Both the position numbers and the translations under genes were made by a program. The notes below the pieces were generated by a model that was not told the DNA's origin, made no database searches, and saw only the letters and a program-made list of their open reading frames with translations. Shown piece after piece: positions 10,478-19,534 of a stretch of DNA of 64,000 bases (positions are counted from its first letter, which is position 1; each line of letters opens with the position of its first letter). The DNA comes from Armatimonadota bacterium (GTDB lineage Bacteria; Armatimonadota; Fimbriimonadia; Fimbriimonadales; Fimbriimonadaceae): positions 1 through 64,000 of the forward strand of contig JANNQV010000015.1 of the NCBI GenBank assembly GCA_031400935.1, read 5' to 3'.

Positions 10478-11029
10478 ATGAATCACAACATTGACCCCGA
10501 ACATCCGCTCCATTTGTACTTCCAGGAGCTAGTCCATGAGTCGCTGACTCATCGAGTCGGGCTGCGCGACAGCGAGGATGTTGAGTCGTACTTGTCTGCT
10601 TTGCTGGTTTCTTTTGTTCATAACGAAAGAATTTTTGCGCTAAAGGACCCGTTTGGAAACCGAATCGAGTCAATTTCTGAAATGCTCGCCGAAGGCGACA
10701 TTCTGATGAACGCTGATTCTTTTGAACGAGAAAGAGAGGTCCACCGCCATGTCGGAGATTTTCTGCTGTTTTGGTCTGGCCTGTTTCCTGAAATGCTGCC
10801 GAAACTTCCTGGATTTTCAAGCTGCGAACCTGAAATTGAAGCGATGATTCAAGGAAGCGAAAGCTACGAGATTGTTTCGTCGTTCGACCACTCGCCTTTT
10901 GATACCGAAGCTCCGCTTTTCAAGAAGCTAAGCGAAGAATTCCCGGCATGCCAATACGGTTTGAAGCTGATGCGAGCGTCGTTTGACGGCTTCCGCCGCC
11001 AGGGCTGGGTTGACGGGTTTGAGGCGTAA
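10478..11029 (+). CDS. Conserved hypothetical protein
   Basis: ORF with an RHVGDFLLFWSGLFPE motif; ATG at 10478. Confidence 0.65.
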   Translation: MNHNIDPEHPLHLYFQELVHESLTHRVGLRDSEDVESYLSALLVSFVHNERIFALKDPFGNRIESISEMLAEGDILMNADSFEREREVHRHVGDFLLFWSGLFPEMLPKLPGFSSCEPEIEAMIQGSESYEIVSSFDHSPFDTEAPLFKKLSEEFPACQYGLKLMRASFDGFRRQGWVDGFEA

Positions 11030-11117
11030 AAGTTAGCGGTTGGCTGTTGGCGGTAAGCGGTTTCGTCAATGACTCCTTCAATTCTGGACCCCATGCCCTT
11101 CACCCTAAACCCATTTT

Positions 11118-11149
11118 CACAATATTTCTACATTTATAGAAATATTGTG
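11118..11149. promoter_or_regulatory. Perfect 13-6-13 inverted repeat, probable ArsR/SmtB operator adjacent to a -10 box (TATAGT, 11151-11156)
   Basis: CACAATATTTCTA-cattta-TAGAAATATTGTG immediately upstream of the ArsR gene. Confidence 0.8.
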
Positions 11150-11162
11150 GTATAGTACTGTT

Positions 11163-11513
11163 GTGAGTATCGCACAGCAAGCCAAAGCCCTTAAAGCTCT
11201 AGGGGACCCCACTCGATTAAAGATCTTTCAATTCCTCAGCGCCTGTTGCTGTTCCGTAGCAATTGACGATGAAGGAGGCGTGCGCATTTCGGATGGGAAA
11301 ACCGTGGGCCAAGTCTGCTGCCACGTTACGGGCCAAGACAAGATTCCTTCGTCCATCAGCTTCCACTTAAAGGAGCTGTCTAACGCTGGATTGATTGTCA
11401 TGGAAAAGCGTGGCAAGCATGTGCTTTGCGCCGTCAACCGCGGGACGGTAGAAGGCCTTGTGCAGTTTTTTGGGCAGGTTTGCTGCTGCGAGCCACAGGA
11501 GAAAACAAAATGA
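11163..11513 (+). CDS. Cys-rich ArsR/SmtB family transcriptional regulator
   Basis: KALGDPTRLKI, SISFHLKELSNAGLI and EKRGK; CCC, CC and CCC clusters; GTG start 6 nt after TATAGT. Confidence 0.88.
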   Translation: MSIAQQAKALKALGDPTRLKIFQFLSACCCSVAIDDEGGVRISDGKTVGQVCCHVTGQDKIPSSISFHLKELSNAGLIVMEKRGKHVLCAVNRGTVEGLVQFFGQVCCCEPQEKTK

Positions 11514-11593
11514 AACATCAAAACGACCCAGACAAGCCTTGTTGCGGCGGATGCTGCGAACCTGGTTCTGGCTGTTGCGGCTGCGGATGCTAG
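11510..11593 (+). CDS. Unannotated 27-aa Cys-rich metallothionein-like peptide MKHQNDPDKPCCGGCCEPGSGCCGCGC
   Basis: ATGA overlap with the ArsR stop; CAGGAG SD at 11496-11501; 8 Cys; ends TAG. Confidence 0.7.
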   Translation: MKHQNDPDKPCCGGCCEPGSGCCGCGC

Positions 11594-11618
11594 TCGCCTG
11601 ACAATTAACTGCTTCTAG

Positions 11619-11667
11619 CCCCCTCCTTTTCCGAGGTACGAGGAAGAGGAGGGGGTTGGGGGCGGAG
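11619..11667. repeat. REP-like palindrome between convergent genes
   Basis: CCCCCTCCTTTTCC...GGAAGAGGAGGGGG followed by TTGGGGGCGGAG. Confidence 0.6.
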
Positions 11668-12528
11668 TTAAACTTCTAGTTCCCCAACAATCCTTTTCAC
11701 ATCGTCCCAATGCCCTTTCATATCGGAAAGCAGCGGTGTGTTTTGTCGTGCAATTTGGATGAGATCGAGATCGCAGTCCACGACCAACAAATGGTCTTCT
11801 TGAACCGGGCTTTGCCCGATCTGGTTTCCAAACGGATCGTAAACCGAGCTACCTCCGACCAATCCCTTGCCGCCTTCGAAGCCAGTCAATTGACAATTGA
11901 CTGCAAAGATTCCGTGCTCTTCAGCGCATGATTTGAGCATCCTTCCATATCGTGCCAGATTCCCAATTTCAGGAGTATCAAACCCTCGTGCGGGGCTTGC
12001 GCTTGGGACGATCAAGATTTGGGCTCCCGCCAAAGCTAGAAGAGTGGGCATCATCGAATGCCAAACATCTTCACAAATGAGAATTCCAAGCTTTCCAAAC
12101 CGGGTTTCAATGAGCCCCAGTTCCCTACCTCTAGCTACGAAACGGTCTTCATCGAATACGCCATAAGTTGCCAAAAAGAACTTTCTGTAAACCGATAAAA
12201 CCGTCGCTGTTCCTCCGGAGAATTCGATGTAAGCCGCGCTATTGTGAACCTGTCCCGAATGAATCTCATAAAAGCCAACAACGGCATCAATTGGCTTTTT
12301 CAGCTGCCCGAGACGTTCGCTTAGCTGTGATGCAAGGGTTTCGGCATCGAGAGCACATTCTAAAACGCCACCTTCCAATATGTATCCGCTGACCGCAGTT
12401 TCAGCAAAAGTTACGATGTCGCAACCTTGCTCAGCGCATTGAGTAATCGCATCGGCTATACGTCCAATGTTGCCGGAAATGTCTCCCTTTTCGGGCGTCA
12501 CTTGGGCGCAGCCAACTCGAACGGTCAT
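11668..12528 (-). CDS. Nitrilase-related carbon-nitrogen hydrolase (similar to the NAD synthetase glutaminase domain)
   Basis: E-K-C triad: FAET, YRKFFLATYGVFDE and ICEDVWH. Confidence 0.88.
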   Translation of the reverse strand: MTVRVGCAQVTPEKGDISGNIGRIADAITQCAEQGCDIVTFAETAVSGYILEGGVLECALDAETLASQLSERLGQLKKPIDAVVGFYEIHSGQVHNSAAYIEFSGGTATVLSVYRKFFLATYGVFDEDRFVARGRELGLIETRFGKLGILICEDVWHSMMPTLLALAGAQILIVPSASPARGFDTPEIGNLARYGRMLKSCAEEHGIFAVNCQLTGFEGGKGLVGGSSVYDPFGNQIGQSPVQEDHLLVVDCDLDLIQIARQNTPLLSDMKGHWDDVKRIVGELEV

Positions 12529-12613
12529 GGACTAAGTGTACCGGTGGAATAATTTGCGGGACTTTCCCCCAAAATTCTGTTCAATGAGGCTAGAAAGAAG
12601 TTATACTAGAGGA

Positions 12614-13465
12614 ATGATACAGCTACTCGTTTTGGGTGTTCTTGTTTCGTCGCAGTCTGCAATTGACCTTTCGTCGCCAACGGCAACTGTGCTTACTTTC
12701 GTGAAATCCTTTGAGTCTATGGATTTTGCCAACTGCGCCAAGTGTGTTCAAGGTGGAAAATTGGCAAATTTTGAGCCTATGCTCAAGTCCATGCCTAAAG
12801 GATACAAATTTAAGATGGACTTGCGCGATCTTGAAGCCAAGGAAGATGGCATTTCCGCAACCGTTACCGGCAACCTGTGGATGAAGAACTCAATGCCAGG
12901 CCAAGAAGAAAGCGAGAATACAGCTTTTGAAAAGTTTACAATGGTAAAGGTGGGTCGAAACTGGCTAATTCAGCCAAAACAGATCAAGAGTCACTTAGAC
13001 AAAGTAACGCCACTTTGTGGAATGGCTTCGATGTTTGCATTTGGAAAGCCCGATCAAGCCATGATTGCTAATTCGGCAGGAGCAAACAGCACCGAGCCAG
13101 GAACAATCACAATTTCAAACCTAAAACAAATGGCGATTGGAAGCATGATATATGCCGCTGATTGGGACGATAAGTTACCAACCGCCGATTGGCAAAAGCA
13201 ACTCGGACCTTACACGAAGAATCGCCATCTATTCGTCTCTCCAATGAGCACTAAAGCGAAGCCTTCGCCCTATACATTCAACCCAGCCTTGTTTGGAAAG
13301 AACCTACGTTCCGTTAAGAAGCCATCCGAGACTGTGCTGATCTATGAGGGGTCAAAAGGAATCATTGCTTTTCTCTACAACTCCCGTGGAGCAGTTGCAT
13401 TTGTTGACGGGCACGTGAAACTTGTTACTAAAATTGAAGCGGCAAAGTTGCTCTGGAAGCCTTGA
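12614..13465 (+). CDS. Secreted protein: NTF2-like N-terminal domain fused to an H-X9-DG/DUF1559-type C-terminal domain
   Basis: SNLKQMAIGSMIYAADWDDKLP and AVAFVDGHVK motifs; signal peptide from ATG 12614. Confidence 0.6.
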   Translation: MIQLLVLGVLVSSQSAIDLSSPTATVLTFVKSFESMDFANCAKCVQGGKLANFEPMLKSMPKGYKFKMDLRDLEAKEDGISATVTGNLWMKNSMPGQEESENTAFEKFTMVKVGRNWLIQPKQIKSHLDKVTPLCGMASMFAFGKPDQAMIANSAGANSTEPGTITISNLKQMAIGSMIYAADWDDKLPTADWQKQLGPYTKNRHLFVSPMSTKAKPSPYTFNPALFGKNLRSVKKPSETVLIYEGSKGIIAFLYNSRGAVAFVDGHVKLVTKIEAAKLLWKP

Positions 13466-13540
13466 TTTTGGTTCGGAATTGTGTGAAGTGAATGGTGGTT
13501 GCGGAACAGAGTTGAAGGCGGAGAGCGGAGAACGGAACCA

Positions 13541-13570
13541 AACCGAAAAACACCGAACAAATCCGAACAA
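13541..13570. repeat. Three phased 10-bp repeats NNCCGAAMAA
   Basis: aaccgaaaaa caccgaacaa atccgaacaa. Confidence 0.65.
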
Positions 13571-13635
13571 AAAACTCAGCTAAACTGAAAACGATTCTCG
13601 CCATACGATTCGTATAGCCAGAAGGAGGTGAATCC

Positions 13636-14766
13636 ATGAAATGCAAAATCGGGATAGCGGCGCTACTGTTGGGAGTTGTTTTGGGCGGTGCCCAGGCTCA
13701 AACTGCCGCTGCAGCCCCGCCCAAACCCGCCGACCCTTTACAAGCTGAGTTTGCGAATCTCCAAAAGGAGTATTTCGCGGCCCTTAACGAGTATTACAAA
13801 CCCTACGAAGCGGCAAAAACTGAAGAAGAATCTTTAAAGATCAAGCTCGATCCAGAAAAGAATCCTGCGAAACAGTTTTTGCCTAAGTTCCAGGCGCTTG
13901 CCAAAAAAGCTGAATCGAATCCGGCCGTTGGAGTTCAAGCTGAAGCCATGGTTTTCGACATGGCAATTTCGAACAACGACAGAAAGGCTGCCGATGCGAG
14001 TTTGAAAACGCTTTTTGGAAAGTATGCCAATGAGACAGGGGTGGTGCGAGCCTTGTATGGATTGCAGCAATACAACAACACATTCTTGATGGGTAAGGGT
14101 GGTGTGCCCGAAACGGAATGGATCCTTGGAAAGCTCAAAGACTTCCAAGCCAAGACTACCAATCGTGAAAACCAAGCGAGCGCACTCATGATGCAAGCCG
14201 AAGTCTTTGCGCCAGCTTATGGGCCGATGGTCGATGCCAAGAAGGGCGAAGCGATCCTACATGAGCTCAAAAACAAATATGGAGATACGCGAGCCGGAAA
14301 GCGGGCAGATGGAAGGCTGTTTGTAATCGCAAACCTCAATGTGGGGCAAGTTGCTCCAGATTTTGAGGTAACCGATGAGAATGGTAAGTCGTTCAAGCTG
14401 AGCGATTATCGCGGACAAGTGGTTGTGCTCGATTTTTGGGGATTTTGGTGAGGACCGTGCGTAGCGATGCTGCCCCATGAGAAAGAAATGGTAGTTCGAT
14501 TGAAAGACAAACCATTTGCACTCATCGGGATCAACAGCGATGGCGACCGGTCGGTTGTCAACAGTATTCTCAAGAAACAAGGCATTACATGGAGACAAGC
14601 TATTGATGGTTCCACAAGCGGCCCATTGGCCACAAAGTGGGGAATTCAAGGCTGGCCAACGATATTCATTCTGGATGCGAAGGGCGTGATTCGTTACAAA
14701 GACCTTCGCGATCAGGCGATGGAAGATGCAGTGAACACGCTTTTGAAGGAGATGCAACCAAAATAA
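13636..14766 (+). CDS. Exported TlpA/redoxin family selenoprotein with a UxxC active site (in-frame TGA at 14449-14451)
   Basis: ORFs 13636-14451 and 14467-14766 share a frame; junction reads LDFWGFW-TGA-GPCVAMLPHE; AAGGAGGT SD; signal peptide; cis-Pro motif GWPT downstream. Confidence 0.85.
14461..14473 (+). promoter_or_regulatory. Candidate bacterial SECIS hairpin for the 14449 UGA
   Basis: GTAGC-GAT-GCTGC stem-loop beginning 9 nt after the UGA; the stem is short. Confidence 0.4.
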
Positions 14767-14812
14767 ATGTGTCTTGGCCGTCTCGGCCAAGCCTGTTTGG
14801 ATTTTCCAATAT

Positions 14813-14843
14813 CCCCCTCTCTCTAGACCGAAGGGAGAGGGGG
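14813..14843. repeat. REP-like palindrome / bidirectional stem-loop
   Basis: CCCCCTCTCTCT...AGGGAGAGGGGG. Confidence 0.6.
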
Positions 14844-14887
14844 TTACTATTTCTCCACGTTTGAAGTGGAAGACAAACTACTTTAGA

Positions 14888-15763
14888 CTATTGAGCCGCT
14901 GTGGGTTTCGGTTTCGAGCCTTTTATCAGTCTTGCAAAGAGATACACAGCCGGACCCCAAATTGGCGAAAAGACCACCATCATGATCCCCAGCGAACCGA
15001 GAACTCGAACTACTCCACCCAGCATGGAAGTAGAGAAGTTCCAGCTTTCTTGCATCCAATTTGCATCGCTTGCCAATCCGCCTGCCTTGGCCTCTTGAAC
15101 CAATGTGAGTTCAATGTTCGAAAGCTGCGCCAGTCCGGAAAGCTCCTTTCGCTGCGAAGAGAGGCTTTCGATCTGCCCGCGCAGCTCCATCAATTCGCTT
15201 CTTAGGTTGATTGAATCTTCGATGCGCAATGATTGGAGCGATCGAATCATCTGCTCTTCTTGCACCTTCATCACGCGCAATCGAGCAGCGTAGTCCACGA
15301 GCTTTGCCGTCACGTCTTCGGTGCTGATCGCCTTTTCAAGCCTTCTGCCTTTCGATTCCATCCATCGAAGCGCCTCGTCGAATTTGTTCGAAGGAACTTG
15401 CAGCTTCATGGCAATTGTGGGAATGGTTGATTCCAAGTTGCTCGTTTGAGTCGAGGAGACATAGCCCCCAATTTTGGCAACGTAGTCGGCGATTTCGCGT
15501 TCAGCAGACTCGATTTCTGTAACTTTTAGGCTCAGTTTGCCATTTCTAATGACTGCTCGTTGGATCGAAAGATGTGCCTTGGGCGTCCCGCCCAAGGAAG
15601 CGGTTTTTCCTTGCGGGGCTTGACCGTCCCGGTCAAGATTCTCAGATTTGAGGGTTAAATTTTGCGAAGGGCTTGCTTGCGCCTCCATTTCTTGGCTTCC
15701 ACATCCTGCCAGCGCCATTGCTGCCACGATGATAGAAGCGATCCAGATTGTTGATTTGTGCAT
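14888..15763 (-). CDS. DUF4349 domain lipoprotein
   Basis: Lipobox LAGC; VIRNGKLSL and TEDVT motifs; coiled coil; C-terminal TM; GGAGGT SD before ATG 15763. Confidence 0.85.
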   Translation of the reverse strand: MHKSTIWIASIIVAAMALAGCGSQEMEAQASPSQNLTLKSENLDRDGQAPQGKTASLGGTPKAHLSIQRAVIRNGKLSLKVTEIESAEREIADYVAKIGGYVSSTQTSNLESTIPTIAMKLQVPSNKFDEALRWMESKGRRLEKAISTEDVTAKLVDYAARLRVMKVQEEQMIRSLQSLRIEDSINLRSELMELRGQIESLSSQRKELSGLAQLSNIELTLVQEAKAGGLASDANWMQESWNFSTSMLGGVVRVLGSLGIMMVVFSPIWGPAVYLFARLIKGSKPKPTAAQ

Positions 15764-15851
15764 TTTGTTGCACCTCCGAAGATTTGCAACAATGGTTTTT
15801 TGCCAAGTCGGTAAGGTGCTAGGACTTTTGGCCATCTCCCTACTGAACCAA

Positions 15852-17684
15852 CTACACCACCACTTCGCTCCGACGCTCGGAAACTCTTCGCTCGCTATGA
15901 TCCAAAATCTTCTTCCTAAACCGCAACTGCTTCGGCGTGACTTCCAAAAGCTCGTCATCCCGGAGCCAGCTAAGGGCCTGCTCCAAAGAAAACTCTTTGT
16001 GAGGATCAAGGGCGACCGTTGAGTCTGCTGTCGCACTTCGCATGTTGTTCGCGGCCTTTTCCTTAGTTGCGTTGACGGTCATGTCTTCATCGCGCGAACA
16101 CGCCCCGATGATCATCCCTGCGTAAACGTTTGTGCCAACCGGGTAGAACAGGGTTCCTCTAACCATGACGTCTTCATAGGCGTAACGAGTAAGTCTGCCA
16201 ATGTCCTTATTGATTAGGGAACCTACGCTTCTTGATACCACTTCACCACGGTAGGGCTGATAGCCTTCAAAGATCGAGGACATGATTCCAAGTCCTCTTG
16301 TTAGGGTCAAAAAGTTTGAACGGAAGCCGATTAACCCGCGAGTCGGAATGGAATAAACCATCTTGCTCGTATGGTTTTCGGTGATCATGTCCTTCAGTTC
16401 GCCTTTTCGGCGAGACAATTCTTCCATGACGTCGCCCATGCCATCGTCAGGAATTTCGAGCGTGATCGTCTCGTAAGGTTCCAAAATCTGGCCGGATGCG
16501 TCACGAGTGAAAATAACCTGAGGGCGGCTGATCTGAGTTTCGTAGCCCTCGCGGCGCATTGTTTCGATAAGAATGGCAAGCTGAAGTTCGCCCCTCGCCA
16601 AAACCTTTACTGTATCCGCGGGGGCTTCCTTATCAATCTTAATGGAAACGCTGACTGCCTCTTCTCGCTCTACCCTTTCTCGGATCTTATGGATCGTGAG
16701 GAATTTCCCGCCATCTTTCCCTGCAAAGGGCGAATTGTTGGCAAAAAAGCTCATGCTGAGCGTGCTTGGCTCGATCTGGATCGCCGCCATTGGTTCCGTA
16801 ATGCTGGGAACAGCAATGGTATCAAAAAGTGCCACGTTATCTAGCCCTGCGAGCATGACGATATCGCCTGGCTCGCCTCTTTCGATATCCTTTAGCTGAA
16901 TTCCGTCATACGTCCAGAGTTTGGTGATGTTGAAGCCGACGGTCTTTGAGCCGTCCGATGCCATGTGGCTCAATCTGTCGCCTAATTTCACTTCGCCTTG
17001 AAGAATCTTCCCGCCAAACATTCGCCCGACATAATCGTTGTAGTCCAGATTGTTGATCTGCATCAAAAACGGCTCGTCGGAATGGCCTGTTGGGGGCGGA
17101 ACGGCATTCACGATCATCTCGAAAAGCTCGCGCATATCTGTCTCGTGCCCTTCTGGAGTCAGCTTTGCAAATCCGCTTACTCCGCTCGTGTAAAGGTGCG
17201 GAAAAAAGATGTCGTCGTCATTGGCTCCAAGGTCAATAAAGAGGTCAATCGTCTTGTCATAAGCCCAGTGGGGCCGTGCACCTTCGCGGTCAATCTTGTT
17301 GATGCACACAATCGGTTTTAGCCCGTTTTGAAACGCCTTTTTGAGAACGAATCGGGTTTGCGGCATCGGCCCTTCGAAGGCGTCAATAATGAGCAAAACG
17401 CCATCTACCATACTCAGAACTCGCTCAACTTCGCCGCCAAAATCGGCATGGCCGGGGGTGTCTACGATGTTGATTTTGTAGTCTTGATAGTGGACGCTGG
17501 CGACCTTGGAAAGGATGGTAATGCCCTTCTCTCTCTCGAGGTCGTTGGAGTCCATGATCCGCTCCTTCATGTGCTGGTTTTCACGGAAAGTTCCAGCCTG
17601 TTTGAAGATGGCGTCAACGATGGTCGTTTTGCCATGGTCAACGTGGGCAATGATGCCTATATTGCGGATTCGGGGTTCGAGCAC
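15852..17684 (-). CDS. typA: Translational GTPase TypA/BipA
   Basis: [45 protein letters not shown] and EVTP. Confidence 0.96.
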   Translation of the reverse strand: MLEPRIRNIGIIAHVDHGKTTIVDAIFKQAGTFRENQHMKERIMDSNDLEREKGITILSKVASVHYQDYKINIVDTPGHADFGGEVERVLSMVDGVLLIIDAFEGPMPQTRFVLKKAFQNGLKPIVCINKIDREGARPHWAYDKTIDLFIDLGANDDDIFFPHLYTSGVSGFAKLTPEGHETDMRELFEMIVNAVPPPTGHSDEPFLMQINNLDYNDYVGRMFGGKILQGEVKLGDRLSHMASDGSKTVGFNITKLWTYDGIQLKDIERGEPGDIVMLAGLDNVALFDTIAVPSITEPMAAIQIEPSTLSMSFFANNSPFAGKDGGKFLTIHKIRERVEREEAVSVSIKIDKEAPADTVKVLARGELQLAILIETMRREGYETQISRPQVIFTRDASGQILEPYETITLEIPDDGMGDVMEELSRRKGELKDMITENHTSKMVYSIPTRGLIGFRSNFLTLTRGLGIMSSIFEGYQPYRGEVVSRSVGSLINKDIGRLTRYAYEDVMVRGTLFYPVGTNVYAGMIIGACSRDEDMTVNATKEKAANNMRSATADSTVALDPHKEFSLEQALSWLRDDELLEVTPKQLRFRKKILDHSERRVSERRSEVVV

Positions 17685-17776
17685 ATACTATTGTACCTGG
17701 GGACGGGCTCAGAGCCCCTCATCAGTCGTTTCGAGACCGCTGGGTGACTTTAAAATCAGCATTCTGAATGCGCTGA

Positions 17777-19375
17777 TTATTTCTTCAGGGTCGAATAATA
17801 TTCCGAACGGTTTTGAACCGTCACAGCATTGATTGGCGTATCTAACGAGTCTTTCAAAACAACAACCTTTTCACCGCTTGAAAACAGAACGACGCCCGAA
17901 ATTCGGTATTTCTTCTCCTTTCGCTTATAGCTGTCCCCTTGGTCGTATTCCGTGTAATTCAGCACCAAAATGTCAGTATCAATAACCCATTTCCCTTTCC
18001 CTTTCGCGCTACGGAATGTCGTTGCCCCGACAAAACCGCTTGCGCTCGAATACGTATCAGAAAACGTTCCGTCTGCCCTTAGGTGCAGAGTCCCGCCATA
18101 GGAAATGATGTTCATCGCAGTCGCGCCTGTATACACGTTTTCAAAATTGAGGGCAGAAGAGCTTCCGTAATTGTAATCGCCTACCATGGTGGCCTTATCC
18201 ACAATTGGCTTCGACTTGATGCCAGTGCATGTCAAAGTGCGAAGAAAAACCTCGGCAAGATCGGCAGTTGTGCCGAAAGACAATGACGCCGACATGCTTC
18301 CACCTGCAGGAAATTTGGTTGTGAAATCATCCCAGGTTTGAGCCACGACTACCGGTTGCCACATGGTTCCGCAATCAATTAGGAAAACGGTGAACATAGT
18401 GTCCCAAGCCTTGCCTTTTTCGGGTCCGGAGCCACAGACAAACTGTGCGAAGAGTCCGTTGCCGATGTATCGCCGAAACACCATTCCCCCTGCCTTGTTC
18501 TGCATTTCTTCAGGCACATATTTCTGCCATACTGCCCGTAGCGCGTCGCTAAAGGAGCCAGATGCAGGCACAGCAGGCACGATTCGCACCTGCGCCATGA
18601 CCACGGTGTAGTCATAGCGAATCTCGGAAACGTACCATCCCGAATTTTGAGTCCATCCTGTTGGAAGTGTAAATCCAAAACCAGGCGCCGTTCCGCCCGT
18701 TGTGGAGCCTCCAGAAGCTTTTGGAGTTTCAGAAACTGGAGCGGATGCCTTGATCGAAACCTGGGCACCCTTCAATGAAATCTGATCGAGCTTTGCACCC
18801 AATAGGATCACTAGCTGGGCTTCAGCCAATGTCTGAACCTTCTTCTTGGACTCTTCATCCTGCGATACTGCGGCAACCGAAACCACGACTCCAGAGCAGC
18901 AAAGAGCCCATTCATAGAACTCTTGCTTTTGCATATCCGTGGCTTTGACGCTAGATAGGGTCGCCCGAAAACGCCCGGCAAGCGCAAGAAACGCATTGTC
19001 GTCAAGCTCTGATCCGCTTGCCACGCTGTGCAATATGGCAACGCTGAACGCCAAAGCTGTTGCAGGGTCGTTAACCTGCTTGACTTCCTTTGCAGCGCCT
19101 TCGTACTGGCCGATGATCGCATTGATAGCTTCTTCAAAAGCGGCTCTTTCGCTGGCATCGTCACCCAAAGGTTCCACATACTTTTTTACATAGATTCGCG
19201 TGCCAGTTTGTTTGAAAGCCCAGCCTTCCTTGTCGGCAATTGAACTTGAAGTTAGGCCTGCTGTCCCTAGTTTTTGAGAAGCATCAACAAGCGGGTTGTT
19301 GGCTGGAAACTGGGAAAGTGCCGAGATTGGGGCAAGGCAGAAACAAATTGTGACTAGCCAACAAATTTTTTTCAT
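17777..19375 (-). CDS. Secreted hypothetical multi-domain protein
   Basis: Signal peptide MKKICWLV from ATG 19375; helical N-terminal domain, low-complexity linker and beta-rich C-terminal domain. Confidence 0.65.
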   Translation of the reverse strand: MKKICWLVTICFCLAPISALSQFPANNPLVDASQKLGTAGLTSSSIADKEGWAFKQTGTRIYVKKYVEPLGDDASERAAFEEAINAIIGQYEGAAKEVKQVNDPATALAFSVAILHSVASGSELDDNAFLALAGRFRATLSSVKATDMQKQEFYEWALCCSGVVVSVAAVSQDEESKKKVQTLAEAQLVILLGAKLDQISLKGAQVSIKASAPVSETPKASGGSTTGGTAPGFGFTLPTGWTQNSGWYVSEIRYDYTVVMAQVRIVPAVPASGSFSDALRAVWQKYVPEEMQNKAGGMVFRRYIGNGLFAQFVCGSGPEKGKAWDTMFTVFLIDCGTMWQPVVVAQTWDDFTTKFPAGGSMSASLSFGTTADLAEVFLRTLTCTGIKSKPIVDKATMVGDYNYGSSSALNFENVYTGATAMNIISYGGTLHLRADGTFSDTYSSASGFVGATTFRSAKGKGKWVIDTDILVLNYTEYDQGDSYKRKEKKYRISGVVLFSSGEKVVVLKDSLDTPINAVTVQNRSEYYSTLKK

Positions 19376-19534
19376 GTGTTCACTTGATTCTAAGACCTCG
19401 AGACGTTTCAAAACTGTACCTTTGATGGTTCCAGAAACGTAAGCCATAATCAGGTGGACGCAAAGGTTAAGACCGTATTGTAGCTGCGAACCCAGACGCA
19501 AATCTGTTGCGATTGAAGATAAAAAGAGCATACG

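Noticed and set aside
11511..11513. ArsR TGA as another Sec codon
   Set aside because: It is part of an ATGA stop/start overlap with the Cys-rich peptide and is not at a recognisable redox motif.
14467..14766. A separate 99-aa thioredoxin-like gene, or a pseudogene
   Set aside because: It lacks its own active site and SD, and it is in frame with the upstream ORF across a TGA at the CxxC position; readthrough explains it better.
15764..16036. Long N-terminal extension of the DUF4349 ORF overlapping typA
   Set aside because: A strong SD and lipoprotein signal begin at ATG 15763. Similar extensions of lipA, comM, lpxD, the anti-sigma factor and the 17777 ORF were trimmed for the same kind of reason.
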